Of a DNA stretch of 64,000 nucleotides, positions 63,669 through 64,000 are shown piece by piece (the first letter of the stretch is position 1; each line of letters starts with the position of its first letter). Origin of the DNA: Klebsormidium nitens (lineage: Eukaryota > Plantae > Klebsormidiophyceae); the NCBI GenBank assembly GCA_000708835.1, contig DF237317.1:28282-92281 (forward strand), given 5' to 3'. The notes below the pieces were generated by a model. That model worked only from the letters and a program-made list of their open reading frames with translations, did no database searches and was not told where the DNA came from. Position numbers and translations under genes: made by a program.

Positions 63669-64000
63669 CTCTTTCGGATGCCGGACGGTTATAAGGGTTC
63701 TGGCAAGCGGTGCCGCCTATGCCGCCGGCACCTTCCGACATAGATCCGGGCGTGTTGCAAATTTCCAATGAGCAAAGCCGGTACTCGCTTAAAGCTGTAC
63801 CTGTAACGATTACGACTGGTTAAGCCTAACCTCGTTCTCGACAGGATTTCGTTGACCGCGAGTTAGCGAAACGGCGGTGGTTACGTCTTAACGACGCACT
63901 GCGTAGCTGTCTGCAAGACGGCGTAATATCCCGGATGGATCGGCTTCAGTGAGCCGATGTCACCGTTCAGGATAAGTTGTGTTCGGCATCGCCGTTCGAT

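Noticed and set aside
61552-63743. ORFs 61552-62076, 62832-63452 and 63231-63743 as genes or transposase
   Set aside because: No recognisable domain, DDE or RT motif, and non-ATG or weak starts. They may be UTR or intron of the TF or repeat-derived.

Overview
Eukaryotic, intron-rich nuclear DNA with canonical GT-AG introns. The gene content (GH36 SIP, SWEET, plastid Cpn10, AP2 domain, QALGGH-type zinc fingers) points to the green-plant lineage, most plausibly a streptophyte alga such as Klebsormidium (inference, not verified). I reconstructed 11 protein-coding genes by hand from exon fragments (10 spliced, the GGCT apparently single-exon): WDR83/MORG1 (-), TMEM8/PGAP6-like (+), HIBCH/CHY1 (-), WDR48/UAF1 (+), GH36 SIP/raffinose-synthase family (-), plastid Cpn10 (+), AIG2-like gamma-glutamylcyclotransferase (-), SWEET (+), SPCS3 (-), a FYVE protein with DM14-like repeats (+), and a large multi-domain transcription factor (-). 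The genes alternate strand perfectly. The most striking item is the last gene (51482-60261): splice phases join an ELM2-like/SANT module, an AP2 domain and seven C2H2 fingers into one reading frame. There are two N gaps. No rRNA, tRNA, CRISPR or clear transposase was recognised. All family assignments come from motif recognition, not database searches, and internal domain coordinates are approximate.
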